Shown: positions 30,432 to 39,365, counted from the stretch's first letter. The stretch is DNA of 64,000 bases from Gammaproteobacteria bacterium (GCA_021324815.1 JAJPIJ010000042.1:9505-73504), one strand, 5' to 3'. Program-made: numbers and translations. The notes: generated from the sequence alone by a model not told the origin.

Positions 30432-31661
30432 TCAGAACAGCGTCACCACAACCGAGGCGCCGACGCACAGAACGACCACGGCGATGGGCGGCACGCGCCA
30501 CCGCTCGAGCAGCAGCAGACCCGCCGCGGCGATGATCACGTCCCGGTAATCGCGCACGGAGGTCGTCCACACGGGGTTGTACAGCGCCGCGCCCAGCACG
30601 CCCACCACGGCGGCGTTGACGCCGGCCAGCGCCCCTTTCGCCGGCGGGGCGGCGTTGATGAGCGCCCACAGGCGCAGGCCGGCGACGGCGATCAAAAGAC
30701 CCGGCAGGAACATGAAACCGAGCGCAACGGCCGCGCCGGGCAGCATGCTTCCGTGGGGCGCGGTCACGGCGCCGAGGTAGGCGGCGACCGCGAACAACGG
30801 TCCCGGCATCGCCTGGGCGAAGCCGTAGCCGGCGAGGAAGGCGTCGTCCGTCATCCAGCCGCCCGGCACCAGCGCGTCACGCAGCAACGGCAGCACCACG
30901 TGCCCGCCGCCGAACACCAGCGCCCCGGCGCGGTAAAAAATATCCGCCAGCGCCGTCATCCCGCCGGGCGTCGACGCCGCCGCCAGCGGCAGGCCCGCCA
31001 GCAGGATGAGAAACAGCGCCAGCGCCGCTCCGGCGGCGCGATTGCCGATGGAACCGTGCAGGCGCACGGCCGGCCCGCGCACGTTCCGGCACCAGATCAG
31101 GCCGCCGACAGCGCCCAGAACAAGGACCCCCATCTGCATCAAGGTCCCGCCGTTGAACAATAATATGGCCATCGCCGTGACGGCGATGAGCGCGCGGGCG
31201 GGATCGGGGCAGAGTCGCCGCGCCATGCTCAAGACCGCCTGCGCCACGACCGCGACCGCCACCAGCTTGAGGCCGTGCAGCACGCCGCCCATCATCGAGT
31301 CCTGCACCCTGGGCGCGTACACCGCGAAAAGATACATCAGCAGCGCGGACGGCAGCGTGAAACCCAGAAAGGCCGCGATCGCGCCGGGCCATCCCGCGCG
31401 GCGGAGTCCGATTAGAAAGCCGACCTGGCTGCTGGCGGGGCCGGGCAGCAACTGGCAGAGCGCCACCAGCCCCGCGTATTCCTCCGCGCTAAGCCAGCGC
31501 CGCCGTTGGACGTAAGTGCGCTCGTAGTAGCCCAGATGCGCGATCGGCCCGCCGAACGAGGTCAGACCGAGCTTGAGCGCCTCGATCAGGACCTCCGCGG
31601 CACAGCCTTTCCCGGCGGTAATGCTCCGCGTGTCGCTTGCTTGGCGCGCGTCATCATTCAC
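30432..31661 (-). CDS. chrA: Chromate efflux transporter ChrA (CHR family).
   Basis: The 409-aa protein has duplicated CHR halves (...LKLGLTSFGGPIAHLGYYERTYVQRRRWLSAEEYAGLVALCQLLPGPASSQVG... and ...FYRAGALVFGGGHVVLPLL...). Confidence 0.85.
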   Translation of the reverse strand: MNDDARQASDTRSITAGKGCAAEVLIEALKLGLTSFGGPIAHLGYYERTYVQRRRWLSAEEYAGLVALCQLLPGPASSQVGFLIGLRRAGWPGAIAAFLGFTLPSALLMYLFAVYAPRVQDSMMGGVLHGLKLVAVAVVAQAVLSMARRLCPDPARALIAVTAMAILLFNGGTLMQMGVLVLGAVGGLIWCRNVRGPAVRLHGSIGNRAAGAALALFLILLAGLPLAAASTPGGMTALADIFYRAGALVFGGGHVVLPLLRDALVPGGWMTDDAFLAGYGFAQAMPGPLFAVAAYLGAVTAPHGSMLPGAAVALGFMFLPGLLIAVAGLRLWALINAAPPAKGALAGVNAAVVGVLGAALYNPVWTTSVRDYRDVIIAAAGLLLLERWRVPPIAVVVLCVGASVVVTLF

Positions 31662-31724
31662 GGAGTCATCTTAGAACAAATGGAGGTACGCCCCCAATGT
31701 GTACCGGCTGTTCGTGAAAATTTT

Positions 31725-32936
31725 CTACTCGGTTTTGGGATCGGGAATGCGGGTGAAGGCGATGCGCAACGGCGCCTCGCGCAGGGCGCGGTGGGCGCCG
31801 CCGAAGTAAACCGCGTTCTTGCCATGGCGCAGATTGAGTTTGTCGAGGCTCGCGGTGAGCGCGGCGCGCCTCGGCTCCTCGTCAAATAATCCAGGCGTGT
31901 GATGGGCCGCGTCCACCAGATTGAGCATGGTTACGCCCACGCGCATGAGTTTCGTGCGCAGCCGCGGACGCTGCTCCCACAGCGCGTTCAGGGCATGAAT
32001 TAATTCCAGCGTGTCCTGCGTCTCGCCGATGCGCATTTCCGTGTGCCAGCGCCGGCCTTCTGCGTAACTCAAGCCCAACGCCATGCCGGCGGCGTAGTAG
32101 CCCTGTTTGCGCAGCCGCATCGCCGCCTTTTGCGTCAGCCGGTGCAACACGGCGAAGGCGTCCTTGTCATTGCGCAAATCCGGCGGCAGGACATGCGAAT
32201 GGCCGAGCGTCACCTGCCCGGCGTGGGCCCGGCGCTCGACGCGTTCGCCGCGCAACTGCCGCCAGAATCGCTCGCCCTCGACGCCGCCCCAGACGTTGCG
32301 AAGTTTTTCCTTGCTCGCGTTGCATAACTTCTCGACGCTGGTGATACCGTGTTTGCGCAGCCGCGCCTCCATGCGCGGGCCGATGCCGTAGAGATCGCGC
32401 AGTTCGAGGCCGTACAGCGCCTGGGGGAGGGCATCGGGTTCGATGACCGTCAAGCCATCAGGTTTTTGCATGTCGCTCGCGGTCTTGGCGATGAAGACAT
32501 TGGGGCCGATGCCGATGGAGCACTTGAGGTACGGACTCACCTCTTTGGCGATGCTTTGCTTGACGCGCTTGGCCAGCGCCTCGGCGGTCGCGCGCTCGCG
32601 CCAACTGCCGGTGAGCTCGCACCACATCTCGTCGATGGACATCACCTCGGCGACCGGCGCGCAGCGCTCGACCGCGTCGATCAGTTTGTAGTGATACTCC
32701 ACATAGGTTTCATGCCGGGCCGGTACTATTTGCAGATCAGGGCACAGGCGCCTGGCGTCGCTGACGCGCGTGCCGGTCTTGACGCCATAGGCCCTGGCCT
32801 CGTAGCTCGCGGCGATTCAGCAGGTGGTGTCGGCCATCACCGGCACGACGGCCACGGGGCGGCCGCGCAGCTCTTCCTTTTCCGCCTGCTCCACGGAGGC
32901 GAAGTAGGAATTGAAATCCAGGAACAGCACGTTCAT
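31725..32936 (-). pseudogene. Y-family DNA polymerase (DinB/ImuB-like) disrupted by a single in-frame TGA at codon 40.
   Basis: The ATG at 32936 gives MNVLFLDFNSYFASVEQAEKEELRGRPVAVVPVMADTTC, then TGA at 32817-32819. The same frame continues as IAASYEARAYGVKTG...SIDEMWCELTG... to the stop at 31725. Total length (about 403 codons) fits an intact Y-family polymerase. Confidence 0.65.
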
Positions 32937-33027
32937 GCAATCAAGGTAGCACAACAGATATGTATCGAAGTAACAGGTTGATTCAAAACGTCACGAGACA
33001 GCCAGGTGACAGTGGAAAATGGGAAAT

Positions 33028-33080
33028 CCCTCACCCGCTCACGCCGCCCTCTCCCGCAGCAGAGGAATCACTCGCGGGGG
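33028..33080. repeat. GGGAGAGGG-type REP-like element copy (degenerate) at the 3' end of the YVTN gene.
   Basis: CCCTCACCCgctcacgccgCCCTCTCCCGCagcagaggaatcactcGCGGGGGG shares the CCCTCTCCCGC core with the other copies. Confidence 0.35.
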
Positions 33081-34030
33081 GCGATGAAAAGGCCGAAGGC
33101 CCGGCTGCCGTTTCCCGTTTTTATGCTTTGCGTGATTTCGAGGGTTTCGGTGTCGATCATATCCAGTTGATCGCCGAACCAGTTGGCGACGGCGACGCGC
33201 CGGCCGCCCGGCTCCAGCATGATGCCTTCCGGATAGCCGCTGACGTCGAGGGTCTTGATGACGGTGTTGGTCCTGAGATCGATCACCGACACGGTGTCGT
33301 CGTGCTGGTTGGTGACGAACAAATGTTGATGCACTGGATCGACGGCACTGGCGTAGGGGAACTCCTGCACGCCGACGGTAGCAGTGACTTTCAAGGTCGT
33401 AGCGTCGATGATGCTGATGCTGTTGTTCTGCACGTTTGCGGCGTAGAGCGTTTTGTCATCCGGTGACACAGTCACACCGAACGGCGCCTTGCCGGTCTGT
33501 ATCAGCGCTAGTTGTTTGTAGCTCCTCGTGTCGAACACGGCAAGATTGTTGTCATCGCGGTTGGTGACATACACGCGCGTGCCCTTGCTGTTGTAGGCGA
33601 TGCCGGAGGGCGACCTGCCGGTCGGGAAGGTCCTGGTAACGGCGAGTTTCCGGGTGTCAATGACGAATATCCTGTCGTCATACCAATCGGCCACCAACAG
33701 TGGATTGCCGCTGGGATGCAGGGCGATGCCGAGCGGCCCGCTGCCCGCGGGAATCGTCGCGATGACTTTTTGCGCGGCGGGGTCGATGACGGAAACAGTT
33801 TTGCCGACGGGGTTGGTGACATAAACACGGCTGTTGTCCGCCGCCGCCGCGACACCGGCCGGTTTCTCGCCGACCTTGATGGTGGCGATGGATTTGTTTT
33901 GCGCCAGATCAACGACCGAAATGGTGTTATCACCTTGATTGGTGACGTAGGCGAACGGCGCAGCCGGACTCGATTGCATCAGCAAAGACGCAGCGAGCGC
34001 TACCATTGGCATCGATCGGTGTGGCGTCAT
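33068..34030 (-). CDS. Secreted YVTN-family beta-propeller repeat protein.
   Basis: The 320-aa protein has a signal peptide and repeated ~40-aa units with YVTN/YVAN cores (..RVYVTNPVGKTVSVID.., ..TRVYVTNRDDNNLAVFD.., ..HLFVTNQHDDTVSVID..). Confidence 0.8.
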   Translation of the reverse strand: MTPHRSMPMVALAASLLMQSSPAAPFAYVTNQGDNTISVVDLAQNKSIATIKVGEKPAGVAAAADNSRVYVTNPVGKTVSVIDPAAQKVIATIPAGSGPLGIALHPSGNPLLVADWYDDRIFVIDTRKLAVTRTFPTGRSPSGIAYNSKGTRVYVTNRDDNNLAVFDTRSYKQLALIQTGKAPFGVTVSPDDKTLYAANVQNNSISIIDATTLKVTATVGVQEFPYASAVDPVHQHLFVTNQHDDTVSVIDLRTNTVIKTLDVSGYPEGIMLEPGGRRVAVANWFGDQLDMIDTETLEITQSIKTGNGSRAFGLFIAPRE

Positions 34031-34063
34031 AAATTAGGAAAATTACAGCAAATCATTCAAGCC

Positions 34064-34100
34064 CGCCCACCCTGGCCCTCTCCCGCGAGGGGAGAGGGTG
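34064..34100. repeat. GGGAGAGGG-type REP-like palindrome (CCCTCTCCCGCGAGGGGAGAGGG) adjacent to a terminator.
   Basis: The near-perfect inverted repeat CCCaCCCtggCCCTCTCCCgcgaGGGGAGAGGGtg is in the intergenic space between the YVTN and SRPBCC genes. Confidence 0.5.
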
Positions 34101-34103
34101 CAA

Positions 34104-34140
34104 TAAAAAACCCGCTCCACCTTGCGATAGAGCGGGTTTG
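34104..34140 (-). terminator. Rho-independent terminator for the minus-strand SRPBCC gene.
   Basis: The minus strand reads AAACCCGCTCtatcgcaaggtgGAGCGGGTTTTTTATTG, a 7-8 bp GC-rich stem followed by a T6 run, 20 nt after the stop at 34160. Confidence 0.75.
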
Positions 34141-34159
34141 TTCTGACAACAATCCAAAA

Positions 34160-34705
34160 TTACTTCCCGCCGGCAAACAGGGCCTTGATCTTGCCGAGTC
34201 CGGCGTCGTAGATGCCGTTGATGGCGCTGGTCGCGGCCTCGTCGTCCTGGCCCTTCTTGGGATTGTTGGTGGGATCGACGCGATAAAAGCCGCCTTTCCA
34301 CGTGACCCTGGAGCCGCCCTTGCCGTCATCCTCGACCTGGATCTGCGAGGCGTAGTTGGCGACCGGCACCACGGCGGGGTCAACCTTGGTGATCTTGTAC
34401 TTGTAGAACATCTTGGCGTCATCGTACTTCAGCAATTCCTCGTCGATGGTTGGCCCCGTGTTGGGATCGTTCAGGCGCAGTTCGCGGGTGGCGCCGACGG
34501 CATTGCCGCCGCTGCCGGTGCACTTGGCGACCGCGGGATGCCATTTTTCGATGGCGCAGAAATCCTTGAGCAGTCCCCAGACCTTGGCCGGCGGGGCGTT
34601 GACGTCGACTTCCTTCTCCACCTTGAGGCGCGAGGGGCCGTGGGCCAGCGCCAGGGCGGGGGTGAGCAGCAGGGTGACAGCGAGGGACTTCAAAATCTTG
34701 GACAT
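34160..34705 (-). CDS. Secreted SRPBCC (Bet v1-like / polyketide cyclase-dehydrase fold) protein.
   Basis: The 181-aa protein has a signal peptide (MSKILKSLAVTLLLTPALALAHG) and an SRPBCC-like core (..VWGLLKDFCAIEKWHPAVAKC...). The longer N-terminal extension to 34900 is rejected. Confidence 0.65.
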   Translation of the reverse strand: MSKILKSLAVTLLLTPALALAHGPSRLKVEKEVDVNAPPAKVWGLLKDFCAIEKWHPAVAKCTGSGGNAVGATRELRLNDPNTGPTIDEELLKYDDAKMFYKYKITKVDPAVVPVANYASQIQVEDDGKGGSRVTWKGGFYRVDPTNNPKKGQDDEAATSAINGIYDAGLGKIKALFAGGK

Positions 34706-34813
34706 GACTCTCTCCATTCGGTGATGATTCAAGTTGTCTGGCGGCTGATGGGTCGCCGTGGGCGCATCATTGTACTGAAAATCAACCACCGTGGGTTGGA
34801 GTCGGCTTTGTTC

Positions 34814-35320
34814 ATGGGGTTCCGTGGATTTTTGATTGCCGCGCTGTTCGCTTCCGCGGCCTGGGCGCAGCCGCCGGAGCAGGCCATGCTGGCGGTTCAA
34901 ACCGCTGCCGGCGGGCGCGTCGAATTTCAGGTCGAAATCGCCGACACGCCGGGCAGGCGCCAGCAGGGACTGATGTCCCGCCGCGCGCTGGCCGGAAATG
35001 CCGGCATGCTGTTCATATTCGGGGAGGTCGGGCCGGTGTCGATGTGGATGAAGGGCACGTTGTTGTCGCTGGACGTGCTGTTTATCGACGATGACGGGCG
35101 CATCGTCCGCATTGCGCCCGAGACCTCGCCGGAATCGACGGCCTTGATTCCATCGGGCAAGCCGGTGCGGGCGGTGCTGGAGATCAACGCCGGCGTTTGC
35201 CGCCGGCTCGGCATCCGCGTAGGCGATCAGATCGACAGGGGCGCGCTCAGGGCCTGGTGGCCGGCGCCGTCAGCGCCGCAAACGCGGTACCGAAGCCCTT
35301 CAGCGATAGCGGCACCTTGA
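34814..35320 (+). CDS. DUF192 (COG1430) family secreted protein.
   Basis: A signal peptide (MGFRGFLIAALFASAAWAQP) is followed by ..FQVEIADTPGRRQQGLMSRRALAGNAGMLFIF...MWMKGTLLSLDVLFIDDDGRIV...AVLEINAG..., characteristic of DUF192. The 602-aa ORF-track entry is antisense readthrough of the YVTN gene except for this C-terminal segment. Confidence 0.7.
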   Translation: MGFRGFLIAALFASAAWAQPPEQAMLAVQTAAGGRVEFQVEIADTPGRRQQGLMSRRALAGNAGMLFIFGEVGPVSMWMKGTLLSLDVLFIDDDGRIVRIAPETSPESTALIPSGKPVRAVLEINAGVCRRLGIRVGDQIDRGALRAWWPAPSAPQTRYRSPSAIAAP

Positions 35321-35861
35321 CCTCCCGGCGGCCGGCGCCGTGAAATGCAACCTCCGCCTTGGCGCCCTTTTTGAGTTTGTCAAGGGTGGCGTCGTCCAGT
35401 CTGAGCACCGCCTTGCAACCATCGGGCTGGCAGATTTCATAGGGGAACGGCAGCAGCTCGCCCTCGTCGATTTTGAGCGACACGCCGGGCGGCAGCAGGA
35501 CCCCCAGCGGCAGGGTGAAGAGCGCAAAGGGCTGGTTCTGCTCCGGCGCCAATGCAATGATCACGCGCATAATAATTTGTCCGCCCTGCTTCAACGCCAA
35601 ATTTTGCTCGATGGCGCATTGCTTTTTGTTGTCCGCCTTGTCGCTGTTCTGATCCTTGTTTCCCGAGAGGAATTTGCACCGGTAAGTCCAGTTCTCGTAG
35701 GTCTTGGTTTCTACATTGGGCCTGTCGGCGGCGGTCTTGTCCTCTGATTTGGTCGTCTTGGATTCAGCGAGGATCTCCACCGGTGCGCAGATCAGACACA
35801 GGGTGAGCGCCAGTTTGAAAACCCGTTTGCAGCCTTCCTGCTCGGGCATGGAAGGATTCAT
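35247..35861 (-). CDS. Invasion-associated locus B (IalB)-family secreted protein.
   Basis: A signal peptide (..FKLALTLCLICAPVEILAES) is followed by IalB-like blocks (..YENWTYRCK...QCAIEQNL...IMRVIIALAPEQNQPFALFTLPLGVLLPPGVSLKIDEGELLPFPYEICQPDGCKAVLRLDDATLDKLKKGAKAEVAF..). The gene overlaps the DUF192 gene convergently by 74 nt. Confidence 0.75.
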   Translation of the reverse strand: MNPSMPEQEGCKRVFKLALTLCLICAPVEILAESKTTKSEDKTAADRPNVETKTYENWTYRCKFLSGNKDQNSDKADNKKQCAIEQNLALKQGGQIIMRVIIALAPEQNQPFALFTLPLGVLLPPGVSLKIDEGELLPFPYEICQPDGCKAVLRLDDATLDKLKKGAKAEVAFHGAGRREVKVPLSLKGFGTAFAALTAPATRP

Positions 35862-35998
35862 GTCGATCCCTGTGATGTGGAGTGGGCGGCAGCCTAGCAG
35901 CAAGACCGTTTCGCGGCAACCCGTCGCGCCCCTCAACCCTTTCCGCCGCCGCCCGCGTTTATAGGGGGACACTCACCTTGTATTGAAAGGAGTTTGTC

Positions 35999-36805
35999 AT
36001 GAACTTGAAAGCAGTGGCTTTGGCGGTATTGATGGCGACTCTGGCGCAGCAGGCCCAGGCGATCGGCTCGCTCACTGACATCAGCATATATGATCGACGG
36101 GAGCACCGGACGCTGCCGGTCTATGAGCACGACGGCCGCTATTACGTCGCGGGCCGGCCGGGCAATGAATACCAGATCAATCTCCGCAACCAGAGCGGTG
36201 GCGACGTGCTGACGGTCATCTCGGTCGACGGCGTCAACGCCGTCACCGGCGAGACCGCCGGCTGGGGCCAGACCGGCTACGTGCTGGGCGCGGGCGCGTC
36301 GGCGGAGATCGCCGGCTGGCGCAAGAGCCAGGATCGGATCGCCGCGTTCTACTTCACGCGCCTGCCGGATTCCTACGCGGCCCGCACCGACCGGCCGGAC
36401 AATGCCGGCGTCATCGGCGTGGCGGTGTTCCGCCGCAAGATCGAACCGCCGCCCGTGCCGTATCCGGCATTCGGCCGCGAGGACGGGCGCGGCTACTACG
36501 ACGGCGGGGCCGCCGCCGGCGAGGCCGCCGCTTCCAGCGCGCTGGCGAATCAGGCGCCGGCCGCGCCGCGCTCCGACGCCCCCGAACGCAAGGCCATGCG
36601 CGACGGAAGCCGGCTTGGCACCGGTCACGGCCGCGGCGAGTATTCCCATGTCACCTACACGGACTTCGAACGCGCCACCGAAGCGCCCGCCGAGATCATC
36701 TCCATCTATTACGACAGCTACAGCAACCTGGTGGCGCAGGGCGTGATCCCGTCCCGGCCGCCGGCGATCCGCCCCTTTCCCGGCAATTTCGTCCCGGATC
36801 CGTGA
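35999..36805 (+). CDS. Secreted hypothetical protein encoded immediately upstream of the ECF sigma/anti-sigma pair.
   Basis: The 268-aa protein has a signal peptide (MNLKAVALAVLMATLAQQAQA) and an RBS (AAAGGAG). No recognisable domain was identified. Confidence 0.55.
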   Translation: MNLKAVALAVLMATLAQQAQAIGSLTDISIYDRREHRTLPVYEHDGRYYVAGRPGNEYQINLRNQSGGDVLTVISVDGVNAVTGETAGWGQTGYVLGAGASAEIAGWRKSQDRIAAFYFTRLPDSYAARTDRPDNAGVIGVAVFRRKIEPPPVPYPAFGREDGRGYYDGGAAAGEAAASSALANQAPAAPRSDAPERKAMRDGSRLGTGHGRGEYSHVTYTDFERATEAPAEIISIYYDSYSNLVAQGVIPSRPPAIRPFPGNFVPDP

Positions 36806-36820
36806 GGGGCGGCGCGGAGG

Positions 36821-37444
36821 GTGGATTTTGCCCACGGATACCGCGCCTCCGCTACACTGATGTATGTGGATGCCGGGGCCGCCAGTGACGAGGACTTGAT
36901 GCTGCGCTACGCCGCGGGTCAGGCGGTGGCCTTCGACGCGCTGTACCGGCGCCACAAGGGCGGCATATATCGCTACTTCCTCCGCCAGCTCCGGGATCGG
37001 TCGCTGGCGGAGGAATTGTTCCAGGACGTGTGGCTGAACCTGATCAACGCGCGCGGCCGCTACCGCGTACAGGCGAAGTTCACGACCTGGCTGTACGCGC
37101 TGGCGCACAACCGCCTCATGGATCATTATCGCCGCCGGCGGGGCGTGGTGGCGATCAGTTTCGCCGCGCCCGAGGATGAGGAGAGGAGTGACACGCCGGA
37201 ACCCGCGGCGGCGGAGTCGGAGCAGCCGGAGCGTCGGCTGGAGGCGCAGCGGCAACTGGCGCGGTTGATCGCATTGGTCGAAAATCTGCCAATGGCGCAG
37301 CGCGAGGCGTTTTTGTTGCATGAAGAAGGCGGCCTCGGGATCGACGAGATCGCCGAGGCCACCGGCGTCAACCGCGAGACCGCCAAGAGCCGCCTGCGTT
37401 ACGCCGTCGCCAAACTGAAGGCGGGGATGGGGGATTGCCTATGA
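36821..37444 (+). CDS. ECF-type RNA polymerase sigma-70 factor.
   Basis: Region 2 (..LMLRYAAGQAVAFDALYRRHKGGIYRYFLRQLRDRSLAEELFQDVWLNLINARGRYRVQAKFTTWLYALAHNRLMDHYRRRRG..) and a region 4 helix-turn-helix (..ENLPMAQREAFLLHEEGGLGIDEIAEATGVNRETAKSRLRYAVAKLKA..) are present. The start is ambiguous: GTG at 36821 or ATG at 36860. Confidence 0.85.
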   Translation: MDFAHGYRASATLMYVDAGAASDEDLMLRYAAGQAVAFDALYRRHKGGIYRYFLRQLRDRSLAEELFQDVWLNLINARGRYRVQAKFTTWLYALAHNRLMDHYRRRRGVVAISFAAPEDEERSDTPEPAAAESEQPERRLEAQRQLARLIALVENLPMAQREAFLLHEEGGLGIDEIAEATGVNRETAKSRLRYAVAKLKAGMGDCL

Positions 37445-38187
37445 CCGACGCCAGGGACAAAGACGGGGAATTGGACAATCATCTGCGCGGCGGATCGGCG
37501 CTGTCGCGGCAATACGGCGCAGCCTCGACCGAGACGCCGCCCGCCGGGATCGACGCGCGCATACTCGCCGCCGCCCGGCAGGCGCTGCAGGCCGGCCCGT
37601 CGCCGCGGCCGGTGAGGAAAAGATCATGGCGATGGCGGGTCCCCGTGGCGGCCGTCGCCGCGATCGTTTTGAGCGTCACGCTCACCCTGCGTCTTGAGGA
37701 ACAGAAGACGCACGAGCAATCCGTGCTGCAGGAAGCCGCCGCTCCCGCGGCTGTTGAAGCCAAACGCGCCGCGGAATCCGCGGCGCGTGTCGTCGGGACG
37801 GATGAGCGGAAGGATCGTCTGAACGCGGGAGCCCCGCCGTTGCCGCGGGAGAAGACGGCGACACCGGCTGAATCCGCCGCTGTTCCGGCGGCGCCCGTGG
37901 AAAGCGCGGCCGGTTCACTGGCGCGACCCCTGCGCGATGAGTCGCTGTCAAGGGGAGCGGAAGGAGCACGCAAACCAAAACAGGAATTGTTTCAGGAATT
38001 CAACGCGCCGGTGATGAAACCGCCGGCCTCGCCGGTGGTTCAACCGCCGGAGTTCAGGACGCCGGAAGCCTGGCTCGATCACATCCGCGAATTGCGCAAG
38101 GCGGGCAGGCTCGCGGAGGCGGCCGCCGTCCTCGATCAGTTCAAGAAGGCCCATCCAGACTACGCGCTGCCCGCCGATTTGCGCTGA
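37441..38187 (+). CDS. Anti-sigma factor (single-pass membrane protein) cognate to the ECF sigma.
   Basis: The ATGA overlap with the sigma gene indicates translational coupling. An N-terminal cytoplasmic anti-sigma domain is followed by a TM segment (WRVPVAAVAAIVLSVTLTL) and a Pro/Ala-rich periplasmic tail. Confidence 0.7.
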   Translation: MTDARDKDGELDNHLRGGSALSRQYGAASTETPPAGIDARILAAARQALQAGPSPRPVRKRSWRWRVPVAAVAAIVLSVTLTLRLEEQKTHEQSVLQEAAAPAAVEAKRAAESAARVVGTDERKDRLNAGAPPLPREKTATPAESAAVPAAPVESAAGSLARPLRDESLSRGAEGARKPKQELFQEFNAPVMKPPASPVVQPPEFRTPEAWLDHIRELRKAGRLAEAAAVLDQFKKAHPDYALPADLR

Positions 38188-38191
38188 AAAA

Positions 38192-38665
38192 TCATCGCTG
38201 CTTCAATTGCGTCCACCAGTCCGGCAGGCGCAGATCGGTGAACACGTCGTCGCTATCGTAGGGTTTGATGTCGAGCACCGGCGTGCCGTCATACGCGTCC
38301 AGCCGCCGCACCCTGAGCCTGGTGCCCTCGCGTCCCAGCAGCTCCACGACCGCGAGACCGATGGGATTGGGCCGGTCGCGGCCGCGGGCGGCGAACACGC
38401 CCTGCAAGGGGATGTCTTCGCGCCCGCGCGGATGCGTTTGCAGCTTCATCCGCGCGCGGTCGTCGACCTTGTGCATGTAAAACAGGACGAACAGGTGCGA
38501 CCAGTGTTCGATGCCCTCCAGCGCCGGCGCGCAGGCCTCGTCGATGATGATCTCCGACTCCAGCGTGCGGCGCAGGCGCGGAATGTCGGCGTCGGCCGCC
38601 GCCGTGCGCACGTGGCCGATGGGCCGCAGGGTGATTGAGGACGGCGTGGATTTATGTCGGGACAT
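38192..38665 (-). CDS. tsaA: tRNA m6t6A37 methyltransferase TsaA/TrmO (YaeB/UPF0066 family).
   Basis: ...IGHVRT...FVLFYMHKVDD...THPRGREDIPLQGVFAARGRDRPNPIGLAVVELLGREGTRLRVRRLDAYDGTPVLDIKPY... matches the conserved TsaA beta-barrel. Confidence 0.8.
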   Translation of the reverse strand: MSRHKSTPSSITLRPIGHVRTAAADADIPRLRRTLESEIIIDEACAPALEGIEHWSHLFVLFYMHKVDDRARMKLQTHPRGREDIPLQGVFAARGRDRPNPIGLAVVELLGREGTRLRVRRLDAYDGTPVLDIKPYDSDDVFTDLRLPDWWTQLKQR

Positions 38666-39365
38666 CGCCGGTCAATATTCTGTGCACGTCGTGGGTCATG
38701 ATCGCGAGATACGCGGTGAGTCCGAGATACCAGAGGCCGTAATGGATGCGCGTCCGCATCGGCACATCGTAGTAGCGCGCCGGCATGGCGCCCTCGCCGC
38801 GCAGCGTGGCGAGCAGATGCGGCAGGGCCAGGATGGCGATCAGGATCAGCATGGGGCTGGGATTCAGCAAAAACAGGCCGAGCAGCGCCGGCGCGCCCAG
38901 CCACCAGATTTTGGGCGACAGGATGGCGGTGATGCGGCCGCCGTCCAGCGGCGACAGCGGGATGAGATTGAACAGGTTGATCATGAAGCCGGCGTAGGCC
39001 AGCGCCATCAGCAGGCCGCTTTGCTGCTCGCGCGCCAGCGCGTAGCACAACACCGAGGCGATGGTGCCGGCGACCGGCCCGGCGATGCCGACGTAGGCCT
39101 CGGTCTCCACGTCATGCGGGATCTCCTTCATCTGGATCCAGGCGCCGACGAAGGGGATGAAGGTCGGCGCGCCGACCTTGAGACCGCGTTGCCGCGCGGC
39201 GAGGAAGTGCCCCATCTCGTGGAAGAAGATGAGCAGCACGAAACCGACCGAATAGCGCCAGCCGAAGAGAAGGGAATAGGTCAGCATCGACAGCAGCATG
39301 GTGCCGCTGGTGGTCAGCACCGGGCCGAGCTTGAGCGCCTTCAGCAGCAGGAACAGGACCTTCAC
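38652..39365 (-). CDS. Site-2 protease family (M50) zinc metalloprotease, membrane-embedded.
   Basis: The HExxH motif (FFHEMGHFLAARQRG) is followed by multiple TM helices and a downstream LSPLDGGR-type motif (NLIPLSPLDGGR). The GTG start overlaps the stop of the upstream DUF2167 gene (GTGA). Confidence 0.75.
   Translation of the reverse strand: MKVLFLLLKALKLGPVLTTSGTMLLSMLTYSLLFGWRYSVGFVLLIFFHEMGHFLAARQRGLKVGAPTFIPFVGAWIQMKEIPHDVETEAYVGIAGPVAGTIASVLCYALAREQQSGLLMALAYAGFMINLFNLIPLSPLDGGRITAILSPKIWWLGAPALLGLFLLNPSPMLILIAILALPHLLATLRGEGAMPARYYDVPMRTRIHYGLWYLGLTAYLAIMTHDVHRILTGDVPT

Noticed and set aside
32817-32819. The TGA in the Y-family polymerase read as selenocysteine or programmed recoding.
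   Set aside because: No SECIS-like hairpin immediately follows. Y-family polymerases are not selenoproteins. A point mutation or sequencing error is the more economical explanation.
33512-34813. The N-terminal 434 codons of the 602-aa plus-strand ORF.
   Set aside because: These codons are antisense to the YVTN and SRPBCC genes. Only the C-terminal 168 aa, starting at the ATG at 34814 with a signal peptide, match DUF192.
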